Positions 29,237 to 38,139 of a stretch of 64,000 nt of DNA are shown here, one piece after another; the first letter of the stretch is position 1, and each line of letters opens with the position of its first letter. The DNA comes from Polyangiaceae bacterium (lineage in GTDB: Bacteria; Myxococcota_A; Polyangia; Polyangiales; Polyangiaceae). A program made the position numbers and the translations under genes. The notes beneath the pieces are model-generated. The model was not told the DNA's origin. It saw only the letters and a list, made by a program, of their open reading frames with translations, and made no database searches. The stretch is from assembly GCA_044376115.1 (NCBI GenBank), contig JBILLK010000011.1, positions 96,001 to 160,000 on the forward strand. The letters run 5' to 3'.

Positions 29237-30670
29237 ATGCTCGAGAGTTCATTCTTTCTTCCTCGCGAGCACCAGTGCGAGGCGCGGGACCAGATTCTAG
29301 CGGCGAGGTGCAAGGGGCGACCGGGGTTTCTGCTCGGTGACCTAACGGGGCTCGGTAAGACGCTGTCCGCCTGGCTCGCCGTCGCCGCGATGCCGGAGCG
29401 CGAGGTGCTGATCATCTGCCCAAAGGGTGGAATGCCTCAATGGCGGCGCACCATTGCGCTCTCGGGAACAGCGCCTAAACAGGTAACCCTCATTAACTAC
29501 GAACGGACAAAGTCTCTGCTGGCCCCGCTGGCAGTCAGTAGCAAGCGCTCGGTGCGAGCGAAGAATAACGAGTTGGCGCGGGCTGGTCGCCCCAAGGCTG
29601 TTTGGCCTATTGTTGTATTTGATGAAAGCCATCGCTTGCGGAACCCCAGTTCACAGCAGTCGATGGCCTGCCGACAAATTGCTGATGCCGCAGCCTTCAC
29701 GCTCTTCCTCAGCGCGACGGCCGGTCAGTCACCGCATGAACTATCCTATCTTGGGCGGATCCTGGGCAAGGTGACGGGCTTGGATACGAGCACGATGGAC
29801 GGCTTCCGGCTCTTGATGAAGTCGCTCAAGATCGGCAAAGCGCGCGGGCGCTGGAAGAACTGGTCCTGGCAGCCGAATGAGCGGGACCGCGCGCTCATGG
29901 CGGACCTGCTCTATAAGGGTGAGGCTGCGATCGGCATTCGGCGAAGGCCAGAAGACATCGCTGGTTGGCCTGAGGTCCAACGCGAGCTGGCAGCCGTTGC
30001 ACTGACCCCAGCGAGCCGTCTCCTTTACGAGACTTCCTGGCGCAGTTTTCGTGCAGAGTTGGGCTTGGCCGGGGGCAGTACACGCCACGGCGTTGGTCGA
30101 GTGGCTGAGCTTCGTTTTCGGCAGAAGGCGAGCCTATTGCGGGTTGCTGGAACCGCAGACTTCGCACAGGAGTTGCTCGAGAACGATGAGCAAGTAGCCA
30201 TCTCGGTGGCCTTTCTCGAGACAGGGGCAGCCCTGTGCGAGCTACTGAGCAACCGCGGCTACCGAGTTGGTCAAATCAATGGTGAGCAAAGCGGACCACT
30301 CAATGAGCAGGTGCGGTTACAGTTCCAGACCGGAGAACTCGAAGTGGTGATCTTTACTGTCACCGAGTCAATCTCGCTGCATCAGCATGAGCTTCCCGGT
30401 GGGGAGAAACCGCGGCAGCTAATCATTCACGATATGCGCCATAGCGCGATTCAGCTGCAGCAGATTGAGGGCCGCTGTCATCGGGATGGCCAGCGGGCGT
30501 TGATTCACTATGCTTTTGCGGAGAGCACGGTAGAAGAGGCGGTTGTCGCGCGGGTGGTGAATCGGATGGCCAATATGGATGGCATGGCGGGCGATGACAT
30601 TTCGCTCTTGGAGGAGCTCGCGCGGGAGGTGGAGCAGAGCGTAACCGAGCGCTTGACGAGCGAGCCGTAG
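29237..30670 (+). CDS. Stand-alone SF2 (SNF2-like) helicase/ATPase
   Basis: HQ Q-motif, GDLTGLGKT, IICPK, INYE, DESH, LSAT, QIEGRCHR. Confidence 0.8.
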   Translation: MLESSFFLPREHQCEARDQILAARCKGRPGFLLGDLTGLGKTLSAWLAVAAMPEREVLIICPKGGMPQWRRTIALSGTAPKQVTLINYERTKSLLAPLAVSSKRSVRAKNNELARAGRPKAVWPIVVFDESHRLRNPSSQQSMACRQIADAAAFTLFLSATAGQSPHELSYLGRILGKVTGLDTSTMDGFRLLMKSLKIGKARGRWKNWSWQPNERDRALMADLLYKGEAAIGIRRRPEDIAGWPEVQRELAAVALTPASRLLYETSWRSFRAELGLAGGSTRHGVGRVAELRFRQKASLLRVAGTADFAQELLENDEQVAISVAFLETGAALCELLSNRGYRVGQINGEQSGPLNEQVRLQFQTGELEVVIFTVTESISLHQHELPGGEKPRQLIIHDMRHSAIQLQQIEGRCHRDGQRALIHYAFAESTVEEAVVARVVNRMANMDGMAGDDISLLEELAREVEQSVTERLTSEP

Positions 30671-30705
30671 GCCTCGGTGTAGACGGTCTATGGTAAAGGC
30701 TGGCG

Positions 30706-31623
30706 ATGGCCCTTCGGAACGACGAGCAAGCCGTAGCCATCGCGAAGCAGGCGCTCGCCCCGCTACTTCCTGAGCTGGCTGAGCAGCTTGGCGCCAAAAG
30801 GTTGCAGGTTGAGTCTGTGCTTCAGGCGCTTTGGGGTGGGTACGGGGAGCTGTTGCGGCTTACGGTCGAGGGAGGGGCTTATGGCAGCGCCATTCTCAAG
30901 TGGGCGCGCCCACCGTCGTATCGTAGTGACTCGGCGTCTCACCTACGCAAGTGCCGCTCGTTTGAGGTGGAGACATCGTTCTATCGAGGTTACGCGGCTC
31001 GATGTGACCAAGCCTGTCGGGTTCCGCGTCTGCTGGCTGACTACAAGCGCGACGGCGAATGGCTACTGTTGCTCGAAGACCTGGATGCGTCAGGGTACCC
31101 AGGTAGGACGAGGGATCCCAACTCGCGAGAGCTGAACGCTAGCTTGGATTGGCTAGCAGCGTTTCACGCGCGCTTCTTCGCTGTCAATCCGGAGGGGTTG
31201 TGGCCGGTAGGGTGTTATTGGCATCTCGCAACGCGCGCCGAAGAGTTCGCCTTGCTGAATCCGGCGCAGCAAGCGCGTGCGCTGGAGCTCGATCACCAGC
31301 TGTCGCAGAGCAAACACCAAACGCTCGTGCATGGTGACGCCAAGCCTGCGAACTTCTGCTTCAGCCGGCAAGGCGACGCCGTTGCGGCCGTGGACTTTCA
31401 GTATGTTGGAGCTGGGGCGGGAGCGCGGGATGTAGCGTATCTACTGCACGGCCTGACGCGCGAGCAATCCGAGCGGGCCCTCGACTACTATTTCTCAAGG
31501 TTAGTGCATCGACTACCGCCGCGCTGGGATGGCGCGGCGGTGGAGCGTGAGTGGCGGGACCTATTCCCGATTGCGCTCGAAGACTACGAACGCTTCCTCG
31601 TGGGCTTTCGTCGCTCGCGGTAG
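30706..31623 (+). CDS. Aminoglycoside-phosphotransferase/choline-kinase-like (EcKL) protein
   Basis: LWGGYG, E..FY, LLLEDL, WLAAFHA, HGDAKPAN, VDFQYVG. Confidence 0.82.
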   Translation: MALRNDEQAVAIAKQALAPLLPELAEQLGAKRLQVESVLQALWGGYGELLRLTVEGGAYGSAILKWARPPSYRSDSASHLRKCRSFEVETSFYRGYAARCDQACRVPRLLADYKRDGEWLLLLEDLDASGYPGRTRDPNSRELNASLDWLAAFHARFFAVNPEGLWPVGCYWHLATRAEEFALLNPAQQARALELDHQLSQSKHQTLVHGDAKPANFCFSRQGDAVAAVDFQYVGAGAGARDVAYLLHGLTREQSERALDYYFSRLVHRLPPRWDGAAVEREWRDLFPIALEDYERFLVGFRRSR

Positions 31624-31693
31624 AAGCGGGGGCAGGGTTGTCCGGTGCCCTGCCCGTCTTGCTCGCGCGCTTGGGCAATGCTCCTATCTGGGC

Positions 31694-33127
31694 GTGCTTG
31701 GGTCGGGGTCACTGTTAACCAAGAATCTGCGCCTCGAGCGCGAACTCGGACACGGTGCCATGGGCACCGTATGGCTGGCGGAGCAGCTTTCTCTGGGCGC
31801 CTACGTGGCGGTGAAGGTGATGCGAGTGGCGGGCGTAGCTGACGAGGAAGCCCGCGCCCGTTTCGCTCAAGAGGCGCGTCGGGTAGCCAGCGTCCACAGC
31901 CCCCACGTGGTGCGTATTCTGGACTACGGAGTGACGCTGGAGGGTGAGCCGTTCATCGTCATGGAGCTGCTCCGAGGTAGGGACCTTGCGCATTACATCG
32001 ATGCGCATGGTCCACTGGATCTCGCGACCACCGCCGAGCTCTTATCCCAGTTATGCCGTGGGCTTTCGGCCGCCCATGAGCAGGGGATCGTGCATCGTGA
32101 CATCAAGCCGGCGAACGTGATCTTGGTCGACAACGACGGGCGACCGCTTGTGAAATTGGTCGACTTCGGCGTGTCCAAGAGCGTGCGTCAGGTTGAGACG
32201 AGCATGACCGCCACCGGCGCGCTGATGGGTACTCCCTTCTATATGAGCCCTGAGCAGTTCATGGGCCAACGGGACATCGACGAGCGCTCCGATCTTTGGT
32301 CCGTGGCCGTTTTAGCCTATAGCTGCCTTACCGGGAAGCTGCCGTTCCGGGGTGAGTCGGTCGTCGTGATTAGCATGGCGGCGCATGCTGGCGAGTTTGC
32401 TGCGCCGAGCAGCCTGCGAGCCGAGCTTCCGGCCGCGCTCGACGCTTGGTTTGCGCGAGCCTTTGCGGTCGACAGGTCGCAGCGTTTTGCCAGCGCACGG
32501 GAGCTTTCGGAGTCGTTTGGTTTGGCCGCCGGGCTATCGAATGGCAAGCTCGACCTCAGCGCCAACCCGCCTCCCAAAGCGGTAGACCCTTTCGCTGAGA
32601 CGGCCTTGCGCGCGACGACCTCCGCTCATTCGGAGCAACCGCCCGGCCCAAAGGTAGGCCCGAATCGTGCGCTGATCTGGGGGCTGAGCGTCGCAGCTGT
32701 GCTCGGATTGCTCGGGACCGTCTCTTCGCTCATGTATATCGTCAGTGAGCGTGATGTGGCTCCGCAGGGGTCGGTAGCTGCGCAGCCGTCAATGGCTGCC
32801 CCGTCGAGTGCTACGACGACGACCGTAGCTTCATTGCCATCACCCGCTTTGGTGGCGCCGGTTCCAGCGAGCGCGATCGTCCCTCTTTCGTCCACGGTGG
32901 CCCCAGCGAGCGGAAGCGTCCCAAAGAGCGCGTTGCCTCCGGTTGGCACTGCAGCGAAGAAGCCAAAGTGGCGCTCACGCAAGTCTCCCTGCCGACGCAT
33001 GGATGAGACAAAGAGCTGTATGCCTTGTTGCTACACCGACCGAGGCGATCGGATGGAGCCCTATCCCTCTTGTGATTGCGTGTTTGATGGCGAGAAGTGG
33101 GACCGCGAGCACGGGATCGTGAACTAG
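31694..33127 (+). CDS. Membrane-anchored eukaryotic-like Ser/Thr protein kinase
   Basis: LGHGAMGTV, VAVK, HRDIKPAN, DFG, GTPFYMSPEQ, DLWS. One TM helix, a Pro/Ser/Ala linker and a small Cys-rich C-terminus. GTG start inferred. Confidence 0.92.
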   Translation: MLGSGSLLTKNLRLERELGHGAMGTVWLAEQLSLGAYVAVKVMRVAGVADEEARARFAQEARRVASVHSPHVVRILDYGVTLEGEPFIVMELLRGRDLAHYIDAHGPLDLATTAELLSQLCRGLSAAHEQGIVHRDIKPANVILVDNDGRPLVKLVDFGVSKSVRQVETSMTATGALMGTPFYMSPEQFMGQRDIDERSDLWSVAVLAYSCLTGKLPFRGESVVVISMAAHAGEFAAPSSLRAELPAALDAWFARAFAVDRSQRFASARELSESFGLAAGLSNGKLDLSANPPPKAVDPFAETALRATTSAHSEQPPGPKVGPNRALIWGLSVAAVLGLLGTVSSLMYIVSERDVAPQGSVAAQPSMAAPSSATTTTVASLPSPALVAPVPASAIVPLSSTVAPASGSVPKSALPPVGTAAKKPKWRSRKSPCRRMDETKSCMPCCYTDRGDRMEPYPSCDCVFDGEKWDREHGIVN

Positions 33128-33214
33128 GCGTTTTTGCGAACGGGGCCGGTGTGGAGCTAGCGGCGTTGGTTGTGGTCGCCAAGGATGCGCTTTACCCCCT
33201 ACGTTGAACAACGA

Positions 33215-33565
33215 ATGCGGATTGATCGCGGGACCATCTATTGGATAGCGCCGGAGGCGTTCAGTGGCGGGAACTACGCTCACCCGCACGTTGTGGTGCA
33301 AGAGGACGTGTTCAATCATTCCCGCATCGCTACGGTTGTTGTGTGTGCGCTCAGCTCTAATCTTCAGCGCGCGAGCGAGCCGGGCAACGTATTGCTCGAA
33401 CCCGGGGAGGGCAACCTGCCCAAGCAAAGTGTGATTGTCGTTTCGCAGATAAGCTCTGTGGAGAAGCTCTGGCTGGGGGAGCGGATCGGCACTCTGAGCG
33501 AGGCGCGGGTGCAGCAAGTATTGGATGGACTGCGCTTTCAACAGGCCAGCTTCTTCCGCCGCTGA
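33215..33565 (+). CDS. mazF: PemK/MazF-family endoribonuclease, orphan
   Basis: RGTIYW, HPHVVVQ.D.FN.SRI.TVVVC.L.SN, GNV.L, LPKQSV..VSQI..V.K..LGERIG.L. No antitoxin ORF adjacent. Confidence 0.9.
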   Translation: MRIDRGTIYWIAPEAFSGGNYAHPHVVVQEDVFNHSRIATVVVCALSSNLQRASEPGNVLLEPGEGNLPKQSVIVVSQISSVEKLWLGERIGTLSEARVQQVLDGLRFQQASFFRR

Positions 33566-33707
33566 ACATTGGGTTCTGCGCTGCGTCATTACGCGCTACC
33601 CGTACTTCGCGGAGCCACTAAGGGCGGAAAACACGGGCCCTTGGGTCCACTTTGCTGGCGCCTGCTGCGCTCCGGCGAACGGCGAGAAGCTTGCAAGGCG
33701 GCTCAAC

Positions 33708-34214
33708 GTGAACTCGCGCACATCGCTTAACGCCACAATCGCTTTACTTGTCCTCTTGTCGGGCTGCTCAGCGACGGAGCAAGCTCGGTTTGAGCTTTTT
33801 TTCTTCGCGTTGCTATCTTTCGGCGCGCTTATGGTTCAGGCGGTCGCTTCAGGGCCCGCGCTGTTCGTCAAGAAGGTTGGTGGCTGGCGGTCGGCGGTCG
33901 CACTCGTCGTAGGGCTGGTTGCGCTGACTTCCGCTGGTGTCTTGCTTGCGGCCGCCACCGCATCGATGCTCGGTCATTCGTTCGAGGTGCGAGCGGACGG
34001 TGAGGTCAAAAGCTCGTTCGTGGCGATCGTGGTCATGGGCTTGTTGCAGGTCGTGCTGCTGGGGCGGCTTCTCGAGGTCATGGCCCCGCAGCGCAAACCG
34101 GACGATGAGTTCGAGTTACCGCTGATGCGGCCGATTCGCGTCGTCGTCATACCGGCGGCCGTCGCGTACATCGGGTTATCGATTTGGATCTTCATTCGAG
34201 TCTTCGCCAAGTAG
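33708..34214 (+). CDS. Hypothetical membrane protein
   Basis: LSGC lipobox-like segment followed by four hydrophobic helices. Start uncertain. Confidence 0.55.
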   Translation: MNSRTSLNATIALLVLLSGCSATEQARFELFFFALLSFGALMVQAVASGPALFVKKVGGWRSAVALVVGLVALTSAGVLLAAATASMLGHSFEVRADGEVKSSFVAIVVMGLLQVVLLGRLLEVMAPQRKPDDEFELPLMRPIRVVVIPAAVAYIGLSIWIFIRVFAK

Positions 34215-34231
34215 GGCGAGTCCTCGCCTTA
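34213..34231 (+). terminator. Possible weak hairpin terminator
   Basis: GGCGAG-TC-CTCGCC followed by TTAA just after the stop at 34214. The U-tract is short. Confidence 0.25.
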
Positions 34232-34274
34232 ACGCACGCTTGCCTCGGCTGCGCGCGCGCGCGAAGGTGCGCCG

Positions 34275-35162
34275 ATGACTGCCTCGATGTTCCAGCCGGG
34301 ACCCATTGGCGTGTTTGATTCGGGTTTTGGTGGGCTAACCGTGTTGCGCGCTTTGGGAGCCGCCTTGCCCGCGCACGACTTCGTCTACCTCGGTGACACC
34401 GGTCGCGCGCCTTACGGCGGGCGCGATACCGAGGTGATCCTGGATCTGTCGGAGCAGTGTGTGGAGCGACTGTTCGACGAAGGCTGTCGGCTGGTGGTGG
34501 TAGCTTGCCACACCGTCTCGAGCGTCGCGTTGCGCCACTTGCAGCGTCGCTATGCGGGAGAGGCCTCCGCAAACAGTCCGCGGCGCGTGCTCGGGGTAAC
34601 CATCCCTGCGGCCGAAGCGGCCGTGCAGCGCAGCCGTAAGATCGGCTTCATCGGCACCGCGCGGTCGGTTGCTTCCGGGACCTTCGCCATCGAGGCCGAG
34701 AAGTTGGGCGCGAATGAGGTGAGTCTGCGCGCCGCTCCGTTGCTCGCTGCGATTGTCGAGCAGGGCTGGGAGGACACCGAGATCGCTCGACTTGCGGTGG
34801 CTCGCTATGTAGCTGATTGGCCGCATATCGATACGTTGGTCCTCGGTTGTACGCACTACCCTCTATTGGTGCGCGCGTTCGAAGCGGCGCTGCCCAACGG
34901 GGTCGCCATTCTCGATCCAGCGCCGTTCGTTGCCGAGCGGCTGCGTGAGTGGCTATTGCGGCATCCAGGCTTTGCGGTCCCTCGGGCAGACGGTCGGGGT
35001 GGCTTGCGGGTGCTTTCGTCGGGCGATCCAAGCGCCTTTGCTGAGCACGGTGCTCGCTTTCTCGGCGCCGCTTTACCGGTGATTGAGCATGTGGCCGAGG
35101 AGCGCTCGCGGCTCGTGCCGCGAGCGCGGCCCTCGGCCCCGGTGGGCCAGGTCGTGCGCTAG
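34275..35162 (+). CDS. murI: Glutamate racemase
   Basis: IGVFDSGFGGLTV, YLGD..RAPYG, ACHT (first catalytic Cys), LGCTHYP (second catalytic Cys). Confidence 0.9.
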   Translation: MTASMFQPGPIGVFDSGFGGLTVLRALGAALPAHDFVYLGDTGRAPYGGRDTEVILDLSEQCVERLFDEGCRLVVVACHTVSSVALRHLQRRYAGEASANSPRRVLGVTIPAAEAAVQRSRKIGFIGTARSVASGTFAIEAEKLGANEVSLRAAPLLAAIVEQGWEDTEIARLAVARYVADWPHIDTLVLGCTHYPLLVRAFEAALPNGVAILDPAPFVAERLREWLLRHPGFAVPRADGRGGLRVLSSGDPSAFAEHGARFLGAALPVIEHVAEERSRLVPRARPSAPVGQVVR

Positions 35163-35201
35163 GTCGTCCGCACTTCGCTCACGGCGGCAACTTCGCGCCG
35201 G

Positions 35202-36725
35202 CTACTTCGGAAGGACGATCTTGGTTTTCCCGGCGAGCATCATCAGCGCATTGGAGTCGGCCTCGCCCGGTTCGTCGTACTCAAAGAAGATGTAATCAGA
35301 GCCGGTATCGAAGACGCCCAACGCAGCGTCCATGACCACCCATTCCCCGAGCCAAAGCTCGGGCCAGGCGTGATAACCCGCTCCGGGCTTATCGCCGGGC
35401 TTATCCGCAGGAACCAGCACGATGCCGCTGGCGACGCGTGCAGGGATGCCGCTGGCTCGGGCGAGCGCGACGACCAAGGCTGAGTGCTCGGTGCAGTCCC
35501 CGCGCATGGCTGCGAGGGTCTCGAGCGCGCTGGCTTGACCACGGACGCCGTCCGCCTTCTGCAGGTTGCGAAACACCCACTCGGCGATGGCTCGCGCGGC
35601 TTTGCGACTGTCCTTTTGTTTGCCTACGATCTTGTCGGCGAGCACGACGATCTCTGTTGCGTCCGATTGACTATTAGCGTTGGGTGCTAGATAGCGCTTT
35701 AATTCGTCAGGGAGCGTAGAGAGGGGCAGGGAAGGGGCCGTCTTCAGCGTTGGCCTGCGCGCTGAAAGGACCAATGAATAGGTATTCCCATTGCGCGTTA
35801 CGCGCTGATAGGGCGTGTCAACGATGAGGGCTTTGGGGTGGCTTTCTGCGCCGTCGACCACCAGGGAGACCGACCGTTCTTTGTTGGAGCGCGCGAGCTT
35901 GCCTTCCACCGGGATATCCGAGCTGACCTCGAGCAGGCCGTTGGTTTCTGCCGCTTTGGTGCCGCGTAAGGCGATGGTGATGCCGTCCAAATCGAGTTCG
36001 AGCGGTAAGCCTCGGTCATCGACCAGGCCGCGGGTCGCGCGGTCGTCGCTTTCGTCGAAGGACTCGAAGCGCCACGCCTGGATTTCTCCTTCAGGGCCGC
36101 GAAGCGTGGTGCGCTCGAGCAAGCGATAACGCGCGGGCTCGAAGTCGCGCGCTTCTTCATCGAGTTGCAAGTAGCTGCGCTCGAGCGGGAGGGCTTTGCC
36201 ACGCAGCGCTTCGCGTCGCAGGGCATGAAACACCGCCAGCTCGGAGCTGAGGCCTTCAGGCGCTGTGAGCGTGCGGCGCTCGTCCCGGCCTGGTTCGGTG
36301 CTGTGCACGACGATGGTGCGACCGGTGGTGGTGATCTCGAGGCGCGTCTCGGTCTCTCGTTCGCGATCGATGCTGAGCGAGTGCAGCTCCTGCAGGTCTG
36401 GCCCGTATTCGACTTCGCGATCGGTGACGAAGCGCTGAAGGCCGTCCTGCGTATTGATCTCCATCACGAGATGGTTGCTCTCGTGCACGCTGCCGTCGGG
36501 CTGTTGAACGAACTCGAGCAGGGCTTCTCCCAGCTTCTTGCCGCTGCGCTGTGCGACGTATTCGCGCTTGCCGTTGAGGTCGAGGGCTGGCTCTTTTACC
36601 TCGGTCGCTGAGCTCGTCGACGGAGTTGGACTCCGCGCTGCGCCGGGCTCGAGCGGGCTGCACGCCGAGAGCAGCAGTGCGAGGGTGGTCAGGCGGAGGC
36701 CGGTATTCAGGGCGCCAGCGGGCAT
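35202..36725 (-). CDS. Transglutaminase-like domain lipoprotein
   Basis: LSAC lipobox. GDCTEHS, ARASGIPAR, YHAWPE and WVVMD give a Cys-His-Asp triad. Confidence 0.85.
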   Translation of the reverse strand: MPAGALNTGLRLTTLALLLSACSPLEPGAARSPTPSTSSATEVKEPALDLNGKREYVAQRSGKKLGEALLEFVQQPDGSVHESNHLVMEINTQDGLQRFVTDREVEYGPDLQELHSLSIDRERETETRLEITTTGRTIVVHSTEPGRDERRTLTAPEGLSSELAVFHALRREALRGKALPLERSYLQLDEEARDFEPARYRLLERTTLRGPEGEIQAWRFESFDESDDRATRGLVDDRGLPLELDLDGITIALRGTKAAETNGLLEVSSDIPVEGKLARSNKERSVSLVVDGAESHPKALIVDTPYQRVTRNGNTYSLVLSARRPTLKTAPSLPLSTLPDELKRYLAPNANSQSDATEIVVLADKIVGKQKDSRKAARAIAEWVFRNLQKADGVRGQASALETLAAMRGDCTEHSALVVALARASGIPARVASGIVLVPADKPGDKPGAGYHAWPELWLGEWVVMDAALGVFDTGSDYIFFEYDEPGEADSNALMMLAGKTKIVLPK

Positions 36726-36782
36726 GGTGAGAGGCTTTCACGGACCCCGCGCACGATCCAGTGGGCTGATAGGCTGGGCCGC

Positions 36783-37214
36783 GTGTGGTACCTGATTCTT
36801 GCACTCGGTGCGCTCGCGGTGCTGTACGGCATGCGCGCAGACGCGCACCGCTCTGCGCGACGGGTGCGCTGGGATCGGGTGGCGCACAAGCTTGGGCTGC
36901 AAACGAGCTCGAGCGGCGGCAAGCTGTTGATGACCGGGCAGCGGGCTGGCGCGCAGCTGGAGATCGAGGAGGAGCTCGTGCTTCGGGCGAAGGAGCATTG
37001 GTTTCGCACGACGGTGCGGCTAAATCTGGCGAGCCTCAATGCGCCGGATGCGCGCTATCGGCAGGCGATGATGGTCGCCGAACCGAGCCTCTTCGACAAC
37101 ACCGAGGTAGCCGGAGAATGGTTATGTGGCAGCGTGGAGAGCCGCACGCGGCCTAAGTCGATAGCGCGCTTGGTGGACGAGCTGCGCGAACGTGCCATTG
37201 CGCAACGCTTGTAG
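36783..37214 (+). CDS. Hypothetical membrane-anchored protein
   Basis: N-terminal TM helix followed by W..VA.KLGL...G.RAG. Fills the gap between the flanking genes. Confidence 0.55.
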   Translation: MWYLILALGALAVLYGMRADAHRSARRVRWDRVAHKLGLQTSSSGGKLLMTGQRAGAQLEIEEELVLRAKEHWFRTTVRLNLASLNAPDARYRQAMMVAEPSLFDNTEVAGEWLCGSVESRTRPKSIARLVDELRERAIAQRL

Positions 37215-37216
37215 CG

Positions 37217-38095
37217 CTACTTGCCAATCGCTTGGCGGTAGACCCAGCCTTTGGCCTTGGACGATTCGATGCGGTACCAATCGCCCTTCTGCTCGAGCAG
37301 CTTCATGCGCGTTCCTTGGGCCAAGCGGGCGACCACTTTGCCTTCTTCAGGTGTTTCGCGAACGAGAGCTTTCTCCCATTTGACTGAGGCGCTGCCGAGG
37401 CCCGACTCTTCAGCCGGCGCTTCTTCCCCGGGGGCAGCAGGCTTCGGCGGCTCTTTGCCGGGCGGATAGAAGGATACGGGGTAAATCAGGCTGTAGCGGA
37501 GGTGGGTGTGCGGGATGCCCTCGAGCTCGAGGCCTTTGAACGCCTCACCAGCGCAGTTGAGCACGCCCTTTTGGGTGGAGCTCGGGATGTCTGCTTTCTT
37601 CTTGAAGCCGTCCACGCTGACGACGTTCTTCTCGAAGTTGAGGCTGATTTGAAGGCTTAGCGTACCCTCGAGGCCGATCGCCGAAGGGCAGCGCGCGAGC
37701 TCCTCGAGGTGCTTCTTGGCGTGCGCGTCGAACGCGATCTTGCCGCACTCTTCTTGCTTCTCGCCCTTCTTGTTGCGACAGGCGCTGACTTCACCCGCGC
37801 CGATCACCACCTGCTGCTTGTTGGTGACGCCAGCCTCTTCATCCGGGGCGTCCCCTTTGGGACTCGGGTCTGCGGCGCTGACTGCGGCGGAGGCCGTGCC
37901 GGCAGGGCTGGTCGCGTTGGGCTTGTCACTGGCCGCCGGACTGGGCGTCGTGCCGCCGGGTACGTCGGGCCCGACCTTCACTCCGAGAAAACGGGGCCAA
38001 GCGATCCCAACGACGAAGCCAACGAAGGCCACGACGCCAACGATGCCGTTGAGCGCGCGATCTCGGTCCGGAGTAGGGGTAACGACGGTGGGCAC
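37217..38095 (-). CDS. Membrane-anchored protein with a C-terminal SH3b-like domain
   Basis: TM helix, Pro/Ala linker, Cys-containing middle domain, VRETP..GKVVARL..G...GDWYRI...GWV. Confidence 0.78.
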   Translation of the reverse strand: MPTVVTPTPDRDRALNGIVGVVAFVGFVVGIAWPRFLGVKVGPDVPGGTTPSPAASDKPNATSPAGTASAAVSAADPSPKGDAPDEEAGVTNKQQVVIGAGEVSACRNKKGEKQEECGKIAFDAHAKKHLEELARCPSAIGLEGTLSLQISLNFEKNVVSVDGFKKKADIPSSTQKGVLNCAGEAFKGLELEGIPHTHLRYSLIYPVSFYPPGKEPPKPAAPGEEAPAEESGLGSASVKWEKALVRETPEEGKVVARLAQGTRMKLLEQKGDWYRIESSKAKGWVYRQAIGK

Positions 38096-38139
38096 GGGAT
38101 GGGCTTTCGGTTAGCACAGCTTTCGAGCTGCGGCCGAAT

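Noticed and set aside
33128..33150. Possible fourth REP fragment after the kinase stop (CGTTTTTGCGAACGGGGCC)
   Set aside because: The matches are only 7-9 nt, in rearranged order, and lack the 13-mer. Chance is plausible.
1..37200. Left half as a single genomic island or prophage
   Set aside because: The genes look accessory and codon usage seems more relaxed by eye. However, there is no integrase, transposase, tRNA, att repeat or phage structural gene, and I could not compute GC or codon statistics.
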